Assembly: GCA_963715335.1 (NCBI GenBank) | Contig: CAVQRZ010000025.1 | Location: forward strand, 64,001-128,000 | DNA: 64,000 bases | Origin: an uncultured delta proteobacterium | GTDB lineage: Bacteria > Desulfobacterota > Desulfuromonadia > Desulfuromonadales > BM103 | Direction: 5' to 3' | Shown here: positions 28,846-40,542 of the stretch, in pieces | How the letters are laid out: each line of letters begins with the position of its first letter | How positions within the stretch are numbered: position 1 is the stretch's first letter | The notes under the pieces: model-generated | What the model was told of the DNA's origin: nothing | What the model saw: the letters and a program-made list of their open reading frames with translations, nothing else | The model's database searches: none | Made by a program: the position numbers and the translations under genes

Positions 28846-29545
28846 AGTAGATAATATCAGTACATACTACGGTAATATCCAGGCCCTCAAGGGAGTCTCC
28901 CTCAAGGTTGAAGAGGGGGAAATTGTGACCCTGATCGGCGCAAATGGCGCCGGCAAGACTACGACCTTGATGTCCCTGTGCGGGATCGTTCCTCCAAGGT
29001 CTGGTGAAATTCTGTTCCAGGGAAAACCTGTCCACGGCCTGTCTGGTGACAGGATCGTCCAAATGGGAATTATCCAGGTTCCGGAAGGCCGCCGGATCTT
29101 TCCGAATATGTCTGTTATGGAAAACCTGGAGATGGGAGCTTACCTGCGGACCAATAAGGTGCTGGTTAAACAGGACATCAACATGGTTCTGGATCTTTTT
29201 CCGATCCTTGCTCAGCGGCGCGGTCAGATGGGCGGAACGCTCTCCGGTGGTGAGCAGCAGATGCTGGCAATCTCGCGCGGCTTGATGGCCCGTCCACGTT
29301 TGCTGCTGCTTGACGAGCCGTCCCTCGGCTTGGCCCCGATCATTATCCAGCAGATCTTCGATATAATCCGCAAGATCAACCGCGAAAACAATACCACCAT
29401 TTTCCTGGTTGAGCAGAATGCCAATCAGGCTTTGAAGCTCGCTCATCGAGGTTATGTCATGGAGAATGGCCGGATCACAATGACTGAGACGGCAGAGAAC
29501 CTGTTGGATAATGAAAAGGTCAAGACGGCCTACCTTGGTTTATAG
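28838..29545 (+). CDS. livF: Branched-chain amino acid ABC ATPase
   Basis: GANGAGKTT, VPEGRRIF, LSGGEQQML and LDEPSLGLAP motifs. Confidence 0.93.
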   Translation: MLKVDNISTYYGNIQALKGVSLKVEEGEIVTLIGANGAGKTTTLMSLCGIVPPRSGEILFQGKPVHGLSGDRIVQMGIIQVPEGRRIFPNMSVMENLEMGAYLRTNKVLVKQDINMVLDLFPILAQRRGQMGGTLSGGEQQMLAISRGLMARPRLLLLDEPSLGLAPIIIQQIFDIIRKINRENNTTIFLVEQNANQALKLAHRGYVMENGRITMTETAENLLDNEKVKTAYLGL

Positions 29546-29578
29546 TTAGCCGACCACCTGGCTATTTATGGATGGGAT

Positions 29579-29612
29579 ACGGGAGAAGGCGCTTAACGCC
29601 TTCTCCCGTTTT
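29579..29612 (+). terminator. Intrinsic terminator of the liv operon
   Basis: ACGGGAGAAGGCG-cttaa-CGCCTTCTCCCGT followed by TTT. Confidence 0.8.
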
Positions 29613-29740
29613 CAATTGGCTCGTGTTGTCCCTTTTGAACCGGTTGGTCAAGAAGCCGCCCGAAGCTTGGGAAACCCTCTAAAATGTCCTCTATGCCAAA
29701 GCCGTCATGGGGTGCGACAATTGACAGGGGTTTCTGGCAA

Positions 29741-29880
29741 ATAAAAGTAAACAAAGTTTGTAATTATAAATATAAATAAAATAAACAAATTATAATTATA
29801 ATAAAATAAATAATAATAAATATAACATATATAAAAATATTATAAATATGCTTAGTTAATATTAATTATATGTCTTTATG
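29741..29880. other. Extreme AT-rich, low-complexity intergenic tract
   Basis: 29761-29849 has only 2 C and no G in 89 nt; A-rich on the + strand with TAA/ATAAA repeats. Confidence 0.95.
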
Positions 29881-30024
29881 CGTTTGAAAGTAAATCATCG
29901 TGCAAGTTTTCAGCGAAGAAAGATGTTGGTAACACAAAACTCGGGAATTGTGGTGGACTGCACAGTTGTATTAGCCTTGTCGGAACGACAGATGCAAAGG
30001 AGATTCTCGTCCATTTGAAAGCAT

Positions 30025-30053
30025 TTGACAAAGCGCTGCACGCTTCTTATAGT
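30025..30053 (+). promoter_or_regulatory. Sigma70 promoter of leuB
   Basis: TTGACA-17 nt-TATAGT. Confidence 0.75.
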
Positions 30054-30093
30054 GACACCCGGTTTCATCCATATTATTTGTTGCAGGCCCTGA

Positions 30094-31209
<1,116 letters not shown>

Positions 31210-31275
31210 ATTATTTTTCAGTGTCGTACACTTAATGCACAGTCCTATCTCAGACAATAGAAAAGGAACAGAACA

Positions 31276-32376
31276 ATGAAAGTCGGAATCGTCGGTTGGC
31301 GGGGAATGGTCGGTTCGGTACTTATGCAACGCATGCAGGAAGAAAAGGACCTGGCCGGTCTGGAGCCGGTCTTTTTCTCAACTTCCCAGGCTGGACAGAA
31401 AGCCCCAATGGGCGCAGGCTCTCTCAAGCACGCTGATGACATAGCAGAACTCAGTAAGCTCGATGTCATCATCACCTGTCAGGGCGGCGATTACACCAAG
31501 GCCGTGCATCCGCAACTGCGCGAGGGCGGCTGGAACGGTTACTGGATTGACGCTGCCAGCTCCCTGCGCATGGAGGATGACGCGGTGATTATCCTTGATC
31601 CAGTGAATCGCAACGTCATCGATGATGCCCTGGCCAGGGGAGTCAAGGACTTTATCGGCGGCAACTGTACCGTCAGTCTGATGTTGATGGCAATGGGTGG
31701 CCTGTTTCGCGCGGGCCTGGTGGAGTGGATCTCTTCGATGACATACCAGGCGGCCTCCGGAGCAGGGGCACCGAATATGCGCGAACTGTTGAGCCAGATG
31801 GGGGTTCTGGAAGGATCTGTTGCAGATCTTTTAAGTGACCCCGGCTCGGCGATTCTCGACATCGATCAGAAAGTCACCGAGATGCTTCGTGGCAATCAGC
31901 TGCCGACCAGCGAGTTTGGTTATCCTCTTGCGGGGAGCCTGCTCCCCTGGATTGACCGTGAGGTTGAAGACGGCCAGAGCCGGGAAGAGTGGAAAGGCTA
32001 TGCTGAGACCAACAAAATTCTGGGGACTAAACAACCTATCCCTATCGATGGCATTTGCGTTCGGGTTGGCGCCATGCGTTGCCACAGCCAGGCTTTGACG
32101 ATCCGTCTGAACAAGGATCTGCCGATTGCTGAGATCGAGCGCCTGATTGACAAAGATAACGAGTGGGTGAAGCTGATTCCGAACAACAAAAGCGATTCGT
32201 TGAAAGGTTTGACCCCGACAGCCGTTTCCGGCACTCTTGCCATCCCGGTTGGCCGGGTGCGCAAGATGAAGCTGGGGCCACAATATATTTCTGCGTTTAC
32301 CTGTGGTGATCAATTGCTTTGGGGGGCGGCGGAGCCGCTGCGGCGCATGCTGCGCATCCTCAGACAACAGGCGTGA
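31276..32376 (+). CDS. asd: Aspartate-semialdehyde dehydrogenase (E. coli/gammaproteobacterial type)
   Basis: [29 protein letters not shown] and [14 protein letters not shown] motifs. Confidence 0.97.
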   Translation: MKVGIVGWRGMVGSVLMQRMQEEKDLAGLEPVFFSTSQAGQKAPMGAGSLKHADDIAELSKLDVIITCQGGDYTKAVHPQLREGGWNGYWIDAASSLRMEDDAVIILDPVNRNVIDDALARGVKDFIGGNCTVSLMLMAMGGLFRAGLVEWISSMTYQAASGAGAPNMRELLSQMGVLEGSVADLLSDPGSAILDIDQKVTEMLRGNQLPTSEFGYPLAGSLLPWIDREVEDGQSREEWKGYAETNKILGTKQPIPIDGICVRVGAMRCHSQALTIRLNKDLPIAEIERLIDKDNEWVKLIPNNKSDSLKGLTPTAVSGTLAIPVGRVRKMKLGPQYISAFTCGDQLLWGAAEPLRRMLRILRQQA

Positions 32377-32430
32377 GTGGCAATAACGCCGACGGCGCGC
32401 GCACCAGATAATCTTGATGGTAGTATTTTC

Positions 32431-32460
32431 GGGGGGCCGCACGGCCCCCCTTAGCTTTTT
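32431..32460 (+). terminator. Terminator-like hairpin after asd
   Basis: GGGGGGCCG-ca-CGGCCCCCC followed by ttagcttttt. Confidence 0.6.
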
Positions 32461-32471
32461 GGGCCGAAGAT

Positions 32472-33254
32472 TTGATCGCAACGATTGCAAACGGTTTATA
32501 TCAGCCAGGGCAAAGCCTGATCCACAGTCTCGATCCGCGGATCAAGGTCTTGTCATCCCTGACCCTGGTCGTGCTGACCTTTACGGCAAGCGACTGGATG
32601 CAACTTGCGATTCTCGCTGTAGTGGCGTCAGCTGCTCTGCTGGTGATCTCTGCTCATGCCTGGCTGGTTCTGCGGACCTGCTCGATGTTGCGTTGGCTCT
32701 TACTCTTTACCTTGTCGATGCATCTGCTTCTGTCACCCGGCCGCACCTTTTGGGGGACGAGTTGGCTGTCATTTGACGGGCTGTGCCTGGGCGGTTTTGT
32801 CTGTGCCCAGATAGTGCTGGCGGCCATGATGACAACAATCCTGGCTATTACGACGACGATTGAAGATCTTTCCGCGGCCTTTGGCTGGTTCGTGCGACCG
32901 CTATCCCGGCTGGGGTGCCGTACGGACGACTGGCAGAAGATCCTTCTGCTCGCACTCGGTTTTATTCCGGTTGTTCATGAAGAGATTTCTCTTTCCGGAA
33001 GAAGTGAAAATCCTTCTGCAGCAGAGCAAGGCCAGAATGGCAAACGGCGCTGGTCCGAATTCGGTTCGAAAATGCAGCTTTTCACCGAGAGAATGCTGGC
33101 CAGGGGCGACACGATGGCGCATGTGATCGCTGCAGGCGACAACTCTCGCTGTCTCCCCTCAGCACTGCCGTCCATAAGCCCCCTGTCTCTGCCTGATCGA
33201 TATTTTATCGCCGCCATGATGCTGATTATGGCCTGTCACTGGCTTGCAGGCTGA
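32472..33254 (+). CDS. ECF transporter transmembrane component T (EcfT/CbiQ)-like, degenerate
   Basis: G.Y.PG.S.IH.LDPR.K N-terminal motif; about 5 TMs; TT..EDL..A....PL..LG and LAL.FIP...EE. Confidence 0.75.
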   Translation: MIATIANGLYQPGQSLIHSLDPRIKVLSSLTLVVLTFTASDWMQLAILAVVASAALLVISAHAWLVLRTCSMLRWLLLFTLSMHLLLSPGRTFWGTSWLSFDGLCLGGFVCAQIVLAAMMTTILAITTTIEDLSAAFGWFVRPLSRLGCRTDDWQKILLLALGFIPVVHEEISLSGRSENPSAAEQGQNGKRRWSEFGSKMQLFTERMLARGDTMAHVIAAGDNSRCLPSALPSISPLSLPDRYFIAAMMLIMACHWLAG

Positions 33255-33257
33255 CCC

Positions 33258-33992
33258 GTGCGTACGATACTTCTGATCCTTGAATATGACGGGACCGCCT
33301 ATGCCGGCTGGCAGGTTCAGCCCAATGGTCTTGCTGTACAGGAAGTGGTTGAAAAAGCCCTGGCCAGGATACTCGGTCACGCGGTGCGGATCCACTCCTC
33401 AGGAAGAACCGACGCGGGGGTTCATGCACGGGGCATGGCGGCACATTTCCAGACCGATACCAATCTGCCTCTAAAGGCTTTCCGCGAAGGCGTCAACACC
33501 TTCCTCCCTCAGGATATAGCCGTCAGAGAAGTGCTTGAAATGCCGGCAGATTTTCATGCCCGATTCTCAGCCCGGGGGAAATGGTATCGCTATACGATTT
33601 ACCGGAACAAAATGCGTTCTCCGCTTGCCGCACGATCAGCCTGGCACCTGCGCGGCAATCTGGATCTTGACCTGATGCGTGCGGCAGCCGAATCGCTGGT
33701 CGGTGAGCATGATTTCGGGGCGTTCCGCTCTTCGAGCTGCGTGGCAGAGACGACGGTCCGGGAAATCTTCCGGGTTGATGTAACTGCCGACGACGATTTT
33801 ATCTATATTGATGTCAGAGGCTCCGGTTTCCTGAAAAACATGGTTCGTATGCTTGTCGGGACTCTCGTCGACGTTGGCCTTGGCCGGCGCCCGGTAGGGG
33901 ATGTGGCGACGCTGGTCGCCGGAAGCGGTGAAATGGCCTGCGGTCAGACGGCCCCGGCACACGGCTTGTGCCTTCAGGAAGTCTGGTATTAA
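33258..33992 (+). CDS. truA: tRNA pseudouridine(38-40) synthase
   Basis: YDGT.Y.GWQ.Q, GRTDAGVHA, FHARFSA..K.YRY, FL.NMVR and TAPAHGL.L motifs. Confidence 0.97.
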   Translation: MRTILLILEYDGTAYAGWQVQPNGLAVQEVVEKALARILGHAVRIHSSGRTDAGVHARGMAAHFQTDTNLPLKAFREGVNTFLPQDIAVREVLEMPADFHARFSARGKWYRYTIYRNKMRSPLAARSAWHLRGNLDLDLMRAAAESLVGEHDFGAFRSSSCVAETTVREIFRVDVTADDDFIYIDVRGSGFLKNMVRMLVGTLVDVGLGRRPVGDVATLVAGSGEMACGQTAPAHGLCLQEVWY

Positions 33993-34002
33993 GCCAGACG
34001 CC

Positions 34003-34079
34003 GGAGCAGTGCCCGGATGATGGCTAGGTCAGGAAATATTTATATTCCCAGCCCCTGGCCTCCAGCCTCCAACTGCTCC
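34003..34079. repeat. Imperfect long hairpin containing C-rich heptamer repeats (truA-guaB spacer)
   Basis: GGAGCAGT(34003-10) pairs with ACTGCTCC(34072-79); inner GGCTAGG/CCTGGCC; units CCAGCCC CTGGCCT CCAGCCT CCAACTG. Confidence 0.6.
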
Positions 34080-34093
34080 ACGATTATCCTTGA

Positions 34094-35635
<1,542 letters not shown>

Positions 35636-35653
35636 AGGCAGCGGGCGGATTTT

Positions 35654-35717
35654 AGGGGCTTGGGGCTGGTAAGGGATTTCGACCTTCCAGCCTCCAACAC
35701 CCATTCTCCAGCCCCCG
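35654..35717. repeat. Heptamer-repeat hairpin in the guaB-guaA spacer
   Basis: G-rich units (TAGGGGC TTGGGGC TGG) face C-rich units (TCCAGCC TCCAACA CCCATTC TCCAGCC); shares 13 nt TCCAGCCTCCAAC with 34061-34073. Confidence 0.65.
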
Positions 35718-35723
35718 ATTTAT

Positions 35724-37280
35724 ATGGATATCCATTCTGAGAAGATCCTGATCCTTGATTTCGGGTCACAATATACCCAGTTGATTGCCCGTCGGGTGCG
35801 AGAAGCGCACGTCTACTGCGAATTGCATCCTTATGACATGAGCCTGGAAGAGATCAGGGGTTTCAATGCCACGGGGATCATCCTTTCCGGTGGGCCGAAG
35901 TCGGTTTATGATGTTGACGCCCCGACGATTGAAGAGGAGCTGTTCGAGCTTGACGTCCCCGTGCTGGGGATCTGCTACGGCATGCAGCTGATGTGCCACC
36001 ATTTCGGCGGCAAGGTTGTGCCGGCCGGCAAACGTGAGTATGGGCACGCAGACCTGCTGGCCAAAGGCGTTCCCGGGCCGCTCTTTGACAACTTTTTCGT
36101 TGATGGTCACAGTCCGGTCTGGATGAGCCACGGCGATCATGTCGAGATCGTACCCAAGGGCTTTGTGGAAATTGCCGAGACCGATAACGCACCGGTCTGC
36201 GCTATCCAGAATGTGGCGCGCAACCTGTACGGCGTCCAGTTCCACCCCGAAGTCAACCATACCCCCCGTGGGGAACTCCTGATTGACACATTCGTGCGCA
36301 GGATCTGCGGTTGTACCGGAAAGTGGACCCCTGGCCAGATTATCGAAGATGCGGTTGCCCGCATCCGGGAACAGGTTGGAGCGGAAGAAGTCATTCTCGG
36401 CCTCTCAGGCGGGGTCGATTCATCGGTGGCTGCAGCGTTGATCCATCGCGCCATCGGTGACCAGCTGACCTGCGTCTTCGTCGATAACGGCCTGTTGCGC
36501 CTCGGCGAAGGAGACCAGGTGATGGCCACCTTCGCCCAGAGCCTTGGCGTCAAAGTGCTCCGGGTTGATGCCGAAGCGCGTTTCCTGGAGAAGCTGGCAG
36601 GTGAAACCGACCCGGAAAACAAACGCAAGATCATCGGCAACCTGTTTGTTGATATCTTCGAGGAGGAATCGAAGCGTCTGGCCAATGCCAGGTGGCTCGC
36701 GCAGGGAACCATTTACCCCGATGTCATCGAATCAGCCGGAGCCAAAACCGGCAAGGCCCACAATATCAAGAGTCACCATAACGTTGGTGGCCTGCCCGAT
36801 TACATGACCCTCAAGCTGCTGGAGCCGTTGCGCGAACTGTTCAAGGACGAGGTGAGGGCGATCGGCGAGGAACTCGGCCTGCCGCACCGCATGGTCTGGC
36901 GCCACCCTTTCCCCGGGCCCGGTCTCGGTGTCCGTATCCTCGGCGAAATCAAACAGGAGTACTGCGACATCCTGCGTCAGGCCGATGCCATCTACATCGA
37001 TGAACTCTACCAGAGCGGCCACTACGACAAGATCAGCCAGGCGTTCGCGGTTTTTCTGCCGGTCAAGAGTGTTGGTGTCATGGGCGACGGGCGGACTTAC
37101 GAGTACGTGATTGCCCTGCGTGCAGTGGAAACCAAAGACTTCATGACCGCTGGCTGGTATCCTATGCCCTACGCTGACCTCGCCCGTATCAGCAACCGGA
37201 TTATCAATGAAGTGCGTGGGGTCAACCGTGTGACCTACGATATCTCGAGCAAGCCGCCGGCTACGATAGAGTGGGAATAA
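35724..37280 (+). CDS. guaA: GMP synthase (glutamine-hydrolysing)
   Basis: [36 protein letters not shown] and KPPATIEWE motifs. Confidence 0.98.
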   Translation: MDIHSEKILILDFGSQYTQLIARRVREAHVYCELHPYDMSLEEIRGFNATGIILSGGPKSVYDVDAPTIEEELFELDVPVLGICYGMQLMCHHFGGKVVPAGKREYGHADLLAKGVPGPLFDNFFVDGHSPVWMSHGDHVEIVPKGFVEIAETDNAPVCAIQNVARNLYGVQFHPEVNHTPRGELLIDTFVRRICGCTGKWTPGQIIEDAVARIREQVGAEEVILGLSGGVDSSVAAALIHRAIGDQLTCVFVDNGLLRLGEGDQVMATFAQSLGVKVLRVDAEARFLEKLAGETDPENKRKIIGNLFVDIFEEESKRLANARWLAQGTIYPDVIESAGAKTGKAHNIKSHHNVGGLPDYMTLKLLEPLRELFKDEVRAIGEELGLPHRMVWRHPFPGPGLGVRILGEIKQEYCDILRQADAIYIDELYQSGHYDKISQAFAVFLPVKSVGVMGDGRTYEYVIALRAVETKDFMTAGWYPMPYADLARISNRIINEVRGVNRVTYDISSKPPATIEWE

Positions 37281-37443
37281 ATTTATAGTCTGCGGTGAGT
37301 GGCTTACTGCGGGAAAAAGACCTGTCAGACGAGCGGGGCCGGATATCGCAAAATTATCCTCCGACGTTGATTGAAGTAGAGCCGGGGATAGCCATCTTCA
37401 GCTCTTTTTACCATGCTGAAATTATGTGTTTTGGAGCGCAATT

Positions 37444-38220
37444 GTGAAGGACCATTTGCCGGAGAAGTGGCGGGCGATTCTACGCTACAATAACCTGGAC
37501 AGTTTTGATCGCCTGTGGTCTCTGGAGGCAGAGTGGTTTGAGCCACCCAACCAGCGTCGCGGGGGCTGGAGTGGTGTCTCCCGTTGCGAACTGGAACTGC
37601 CTGAGGGGGGCAAAAGGAGCGTTTTCCTCAAACGTCAGGAAAATCATATCACCCGAACTTTTCTGCATCCTTTTGGCCTTTCGACTTTTGTTCGAGAGAT
37701 GCAAAACATTTTGACCTTCAAAATGGCTGGAGTCCCGGCACTGGAGCCGGTTTATTTTGCCGTTCGGAAAACCGAGGGAGATTTGCGTGCGATCCTCTGC
37801 ACAGAGGCCCTTGAAGAATATAAACCTTTGGAAAGCTTGGCAGAACGTTGGGTGGAAGAAGGTTGGCCTGATAAAACAACGCGACTGCGCCTGATGCAGG
37901 CCGTTGCAACTGTTATGACCCAGATGCACGATCATAGGATCCAGCATAATTGCTTCTACCCAAAACACATCTTTGTCCGTTTCGACAAAGAAGGCGTTAG
38001 CGTACGTATCATTGATCTGGAAAAAGCCAAGGTGCGATTACTCCGTCGTTTCGCGACTTTTCGGGATCTTTATACCCTGAACAGGCATTCTCAATGCTGG
38101 CGTCGTACTGAGCGACTCCGCTTCTTCCTGCTTTACCTTGGCCGCAAAAGCCTTGACCATGAAGCCAAGGCCCTCTGGAGGGGTATTGCAAAGCGTACCA
38201 AGGCAAAAGGGCGGGTCTAG
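37444..38220 (+). CDS. InaA / Kdo-WaaP lipopolysaccharide kinase-like protein
   Basis: WFEPPN.RRGGWSGV, FLKRQ, H.CFYPKHIF and IDLEK motifs; GTG 37444 follows GGAG. Confidence 0.85.
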   Translation: MKDHLPEKWRAILRYNNLDSFDRLWSLEAEWFEPPNQRRGGWSGVSRCELELPEGGKRSVFLKRQENHITRTFLHPFGLSTFVREMQNILTFKMAGVPALEPVYFAVRKTEGDLRAILCTEALEEYKPLESLAERWVEEGWPDKTTRLRLMQAVATVMTQMHDHRIQHNCFYPKHIFVRFDKEGVSVRIIDLEKAKVRLLRRFATFRDLYTLNRHSQCWRRTERLRFFLLYLGRKSLDHEAKALWRGIAKRTKAKGRV

Positions 38221-38229
38221 AGAGCAGGG

Positions 38230-39237
38230 ATGACCAACAATATCAAACGCAAGCCAGGCAAACCAGCCAAGAAATATAGTCAGGCAGCGCGTCTGCACGA
38301 CGTGATCCGGATTCTCGAGGCACGTTACGGGGCGACGGTTGATGAGTTGGCCGATGAATGTGGTGTTACCCGGCGAACAGTCTATCGTGATCTGGATGCG
38401 ATCCGTGATGCAGGTTATCCACTGGTCTCCGATCCTGAAGCGGATGGCCGAACCCTTTACCGGTTTATGACCGGTTTCAAAAAAACTCCACCAATTACTT
38501 TTTCGCTTGATGAACTGATGACGCTTTACCTCTGCCGTGGCCAGCTCGGGTTTCTGAAGGGGACACCGTTCCAGGATGATCTCGACGCCATCTTTGGGCG
38601 CATTCATTCGAGCCTGCCGCCGCGCAGCGTGGCCCATCTTGAACGGATCGCCGAAACGGTATCACCCAAGTTTCAGGGAGAACGTGATTATGCCGCGAAG
38701 AAGGAGCTTTTGCAGGAACTGCGACGGGCGCTGCTCTACCAATACCGTCTTGACCTCTTTTACTCTCCCGCGCGCCGTGCCACTGAAACGTATCGCTTCG
38801 ACCCTTATACCTTGCTCTTTTACGACGGCGCACTCTACCTTGGCGGTTATGCGCACAACCGTGGGGCGCTACGGCTCTTTCTCGTAGACCGTATTGAACA
38901 GGTAACGGTCCTCGACGAACGTTTTGAAGTCCCGGAAGATTTTTCTGCCGGTGATCTGACCGGTTCTGCGTTTGGTTTGATCAATGACGATCAACAGACA
39001 ATCAAAGTACGATTCGGCAGTGAAATCGGTCATCTGATCCGCGAGCGGGTTTGGCACCCGAGCCAGAAGCTGGTTGAAGAGGAAGACGGGGCACTGACTT
39101 TGACCTTTGAAGCCAGTGGTGAGAAGGAAATCCTGGCTTGGCTCTATTCGTATCTGCCATATGTCGAGATTTTGGCGCCTGAAAGTTTACGGGCAGTGTT
39201 TTATCAAGGATTGCGAGACAGTTTACTCAAGCAATAA
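38230..39237 (+). CDS. HTH-WYL-WCX transcriptional regulator (PafB/PafC/DriD/YafY-like)
   Basis: N-terminal HTH (ELADECGVTRRTVYRDL); WYL core (DPY.L....GALYL.GY...R...RLF.VDRI); WCX (WHPSQ, EILAW....VEILAPESLR). Confidence 0.93.
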   Translation: MTNNIKRKPGKPAKKYSQAARLHDVIRILEARYGATVDELADECGVTRRTVYRDLDAIRDAGYPLVSDPEADGRTLYRFMTGFKKTPPITFSLDELMTLYLCRGQLGFLKGTPFQDDLDAIFGRIHSSLPPRSVAHLERIAETVSPKFQGERDYAAKKELLQELRRALLYQYRLDLFYSPARRATETYRFDPYTLLFYDGALYLGGYAHNRGALRLFLVDRIEQVTVLDERFEVPEDFSAGDLTGSAFGLINDDQQTIKVRFGSEIGHLIRERVWHPSQKLVEEEDGALTLTFEASGEKEILAWLYSYLPYVEILAPESLRAVFYQGLRDSLLKQ

Positions 39238-39527
39238 AACCTCAACGGTGCATTTCACTCTCGGCAAAGTTTTTGATGAGCAGATCAAGGCGAATTCATT
39301 TTGATGGTTTTATGCTTTGGCTACTGACAAATCGCAATTGACCCTGCTTATACTCGGCAGAGCAATTGAGTCTCCCATTATCTCTGATACTGTTAAACAA
39401 TAACCGGAGGATGGACGAATGAACATCCTTCCGATCGGGCTTGTCGGCCCCTCAGTTTCAGGAACGGACTGAAGATAAGAAGGGGTTCTCTTTTGCCAAT
39501 ACAGAGGATGACCAGGAGTGTTTTGAT

Positions 39528-40406
39528 GTGCGTCGCCTGAAGATAACACACCTGACGGAATACCAATTTTTTAATACAGTCACACTGTTGCCGCATCGCC
39601 TCCTGCTTCGTCCCCGAGAGGGCCCGGAGGTACACATCGAATCTTCCTCGTTGACGATTTCCCCCGCCGGTCATAGGGTGAAGTGGCACCGCGATGCGCA
39701 GGACAATGCAGCGGCAGTGGTCGATTTTCAGGAGCCGACCCACTTTCTCTCCATTACCAGTGAAGTGGTCATCAAACACTACGTGGAAAACCCATTCGAT
39801 TTTCTCTTTGAAGACTACGCCGTTAACTATCCCTTCCACTATGCGCCGATGGATAGAGTGGATCTGATTCCCTTTTTGCAACCGGTCTATCCAGGTGACG
39901 AGGACGCCATCCGTAACTGGCTGGACCTGTTGGGCCTGGGGCAGCCGGTCATGCAGACTTATACGTTGCTCGATCAGATAAACAAAGCCATCGCCGGTCG
40001 ATTTATCTACTTTGCCCGTGAAGAGCAGGGAGTCCAAACCCCGGGACAGACACTGACCTGGGGGCAGGGGTCCTGCCGCGACTTTGCCACCCTTTTTGTC
40101 GAGGCCTGTCGCTACCTGGGCCTGGCAAGTCGCTTCATCAGTGGCTACGTTCACACTCCCGTGACAGAACATTGGTCAGCGACGACCCATGCCTGGGCCG
40201 AGGTGTACCTCCCGGGGGCCGGCTGGAAAGGATTCGACCCGACCAGCGGCGAGGTTGCCGGGCGTCGGCATATTCCCGTAGCCGTATCCCGTCATCCAGA
40301 GGCCGTCCCCCCGGTGGCTGGAAGCTTTATAGGTCCATCCGGATCCTCCCCAAAACTGATCGTCGATGTCCGCATCGTTGCTCTCACAGACGCTCCAGTG
40401 ACATAA
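39528..40406 (+). CDS. Transglutaminase-like protein (Bact_transglu_N + core)
   Basis: ITH.T.Y......PH.L.LRPR; GSCRDFA, THAWAEVY and FDPT (Cys-His-Asp triad); GTG 39528 follows AGGAG. Confidence 0.92.
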   Translation: MRRLKITHLTEYQFFNTVTLLPHRLLLRPREGPEVHIESSSLTISPAGHRVKWHRDAQDNAAAVVDFQEPTHFLSITSEVVIKHYVENPFDFLFEDYAVNYPFHYAPMDRVDLIPFLQPVYPGDEDAIRNWLDLLGLGQPVMQTYTLLDQINKAIAGRFIYFAREEQGVQTPGQTLTWGQGSCRDFATLFVEACRYLGLASRFISGYVHTPVTEHWSATTHAWAEVYLPGAGWKGFDPTSGEVAGRRHIPVAVSRHPEAVPPVAGSFIGPSGSSPKLIVDVRIVALTDAPVT

Positions 40407-40482
40407 AATAGGCTGCGTCAACGACGAGTTGTTTAAGACCCTTGATCCATAGACAGGGACACTCTATCTTGACCTGACGAGA

Positions 40483-40515
40483 TGTGACATATTCTGTCTC
40501 AAGGCTTGATAAGAT
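40483..40515 (+). promoter_or_regulatory. Candidate WYL-regulator box plus -10 element
   Basis: TGTGACA-tattc-TGTCTCA (GAC-N7-GTC core) followed by TGn-TAAGAT at 40507-40515. Confidence 0.5.
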
Positions 40516-40542
40516 GTAATCATAACCCTCAGGGAGGTAATT

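Noticed and set aside
32414..32776. 120-aa alternative-frame ORF overlapping ecfT
   Set aside because: It begins before the asd terminator hairpin, has no motifs, and the overlapping frame carries EcfT signatures.
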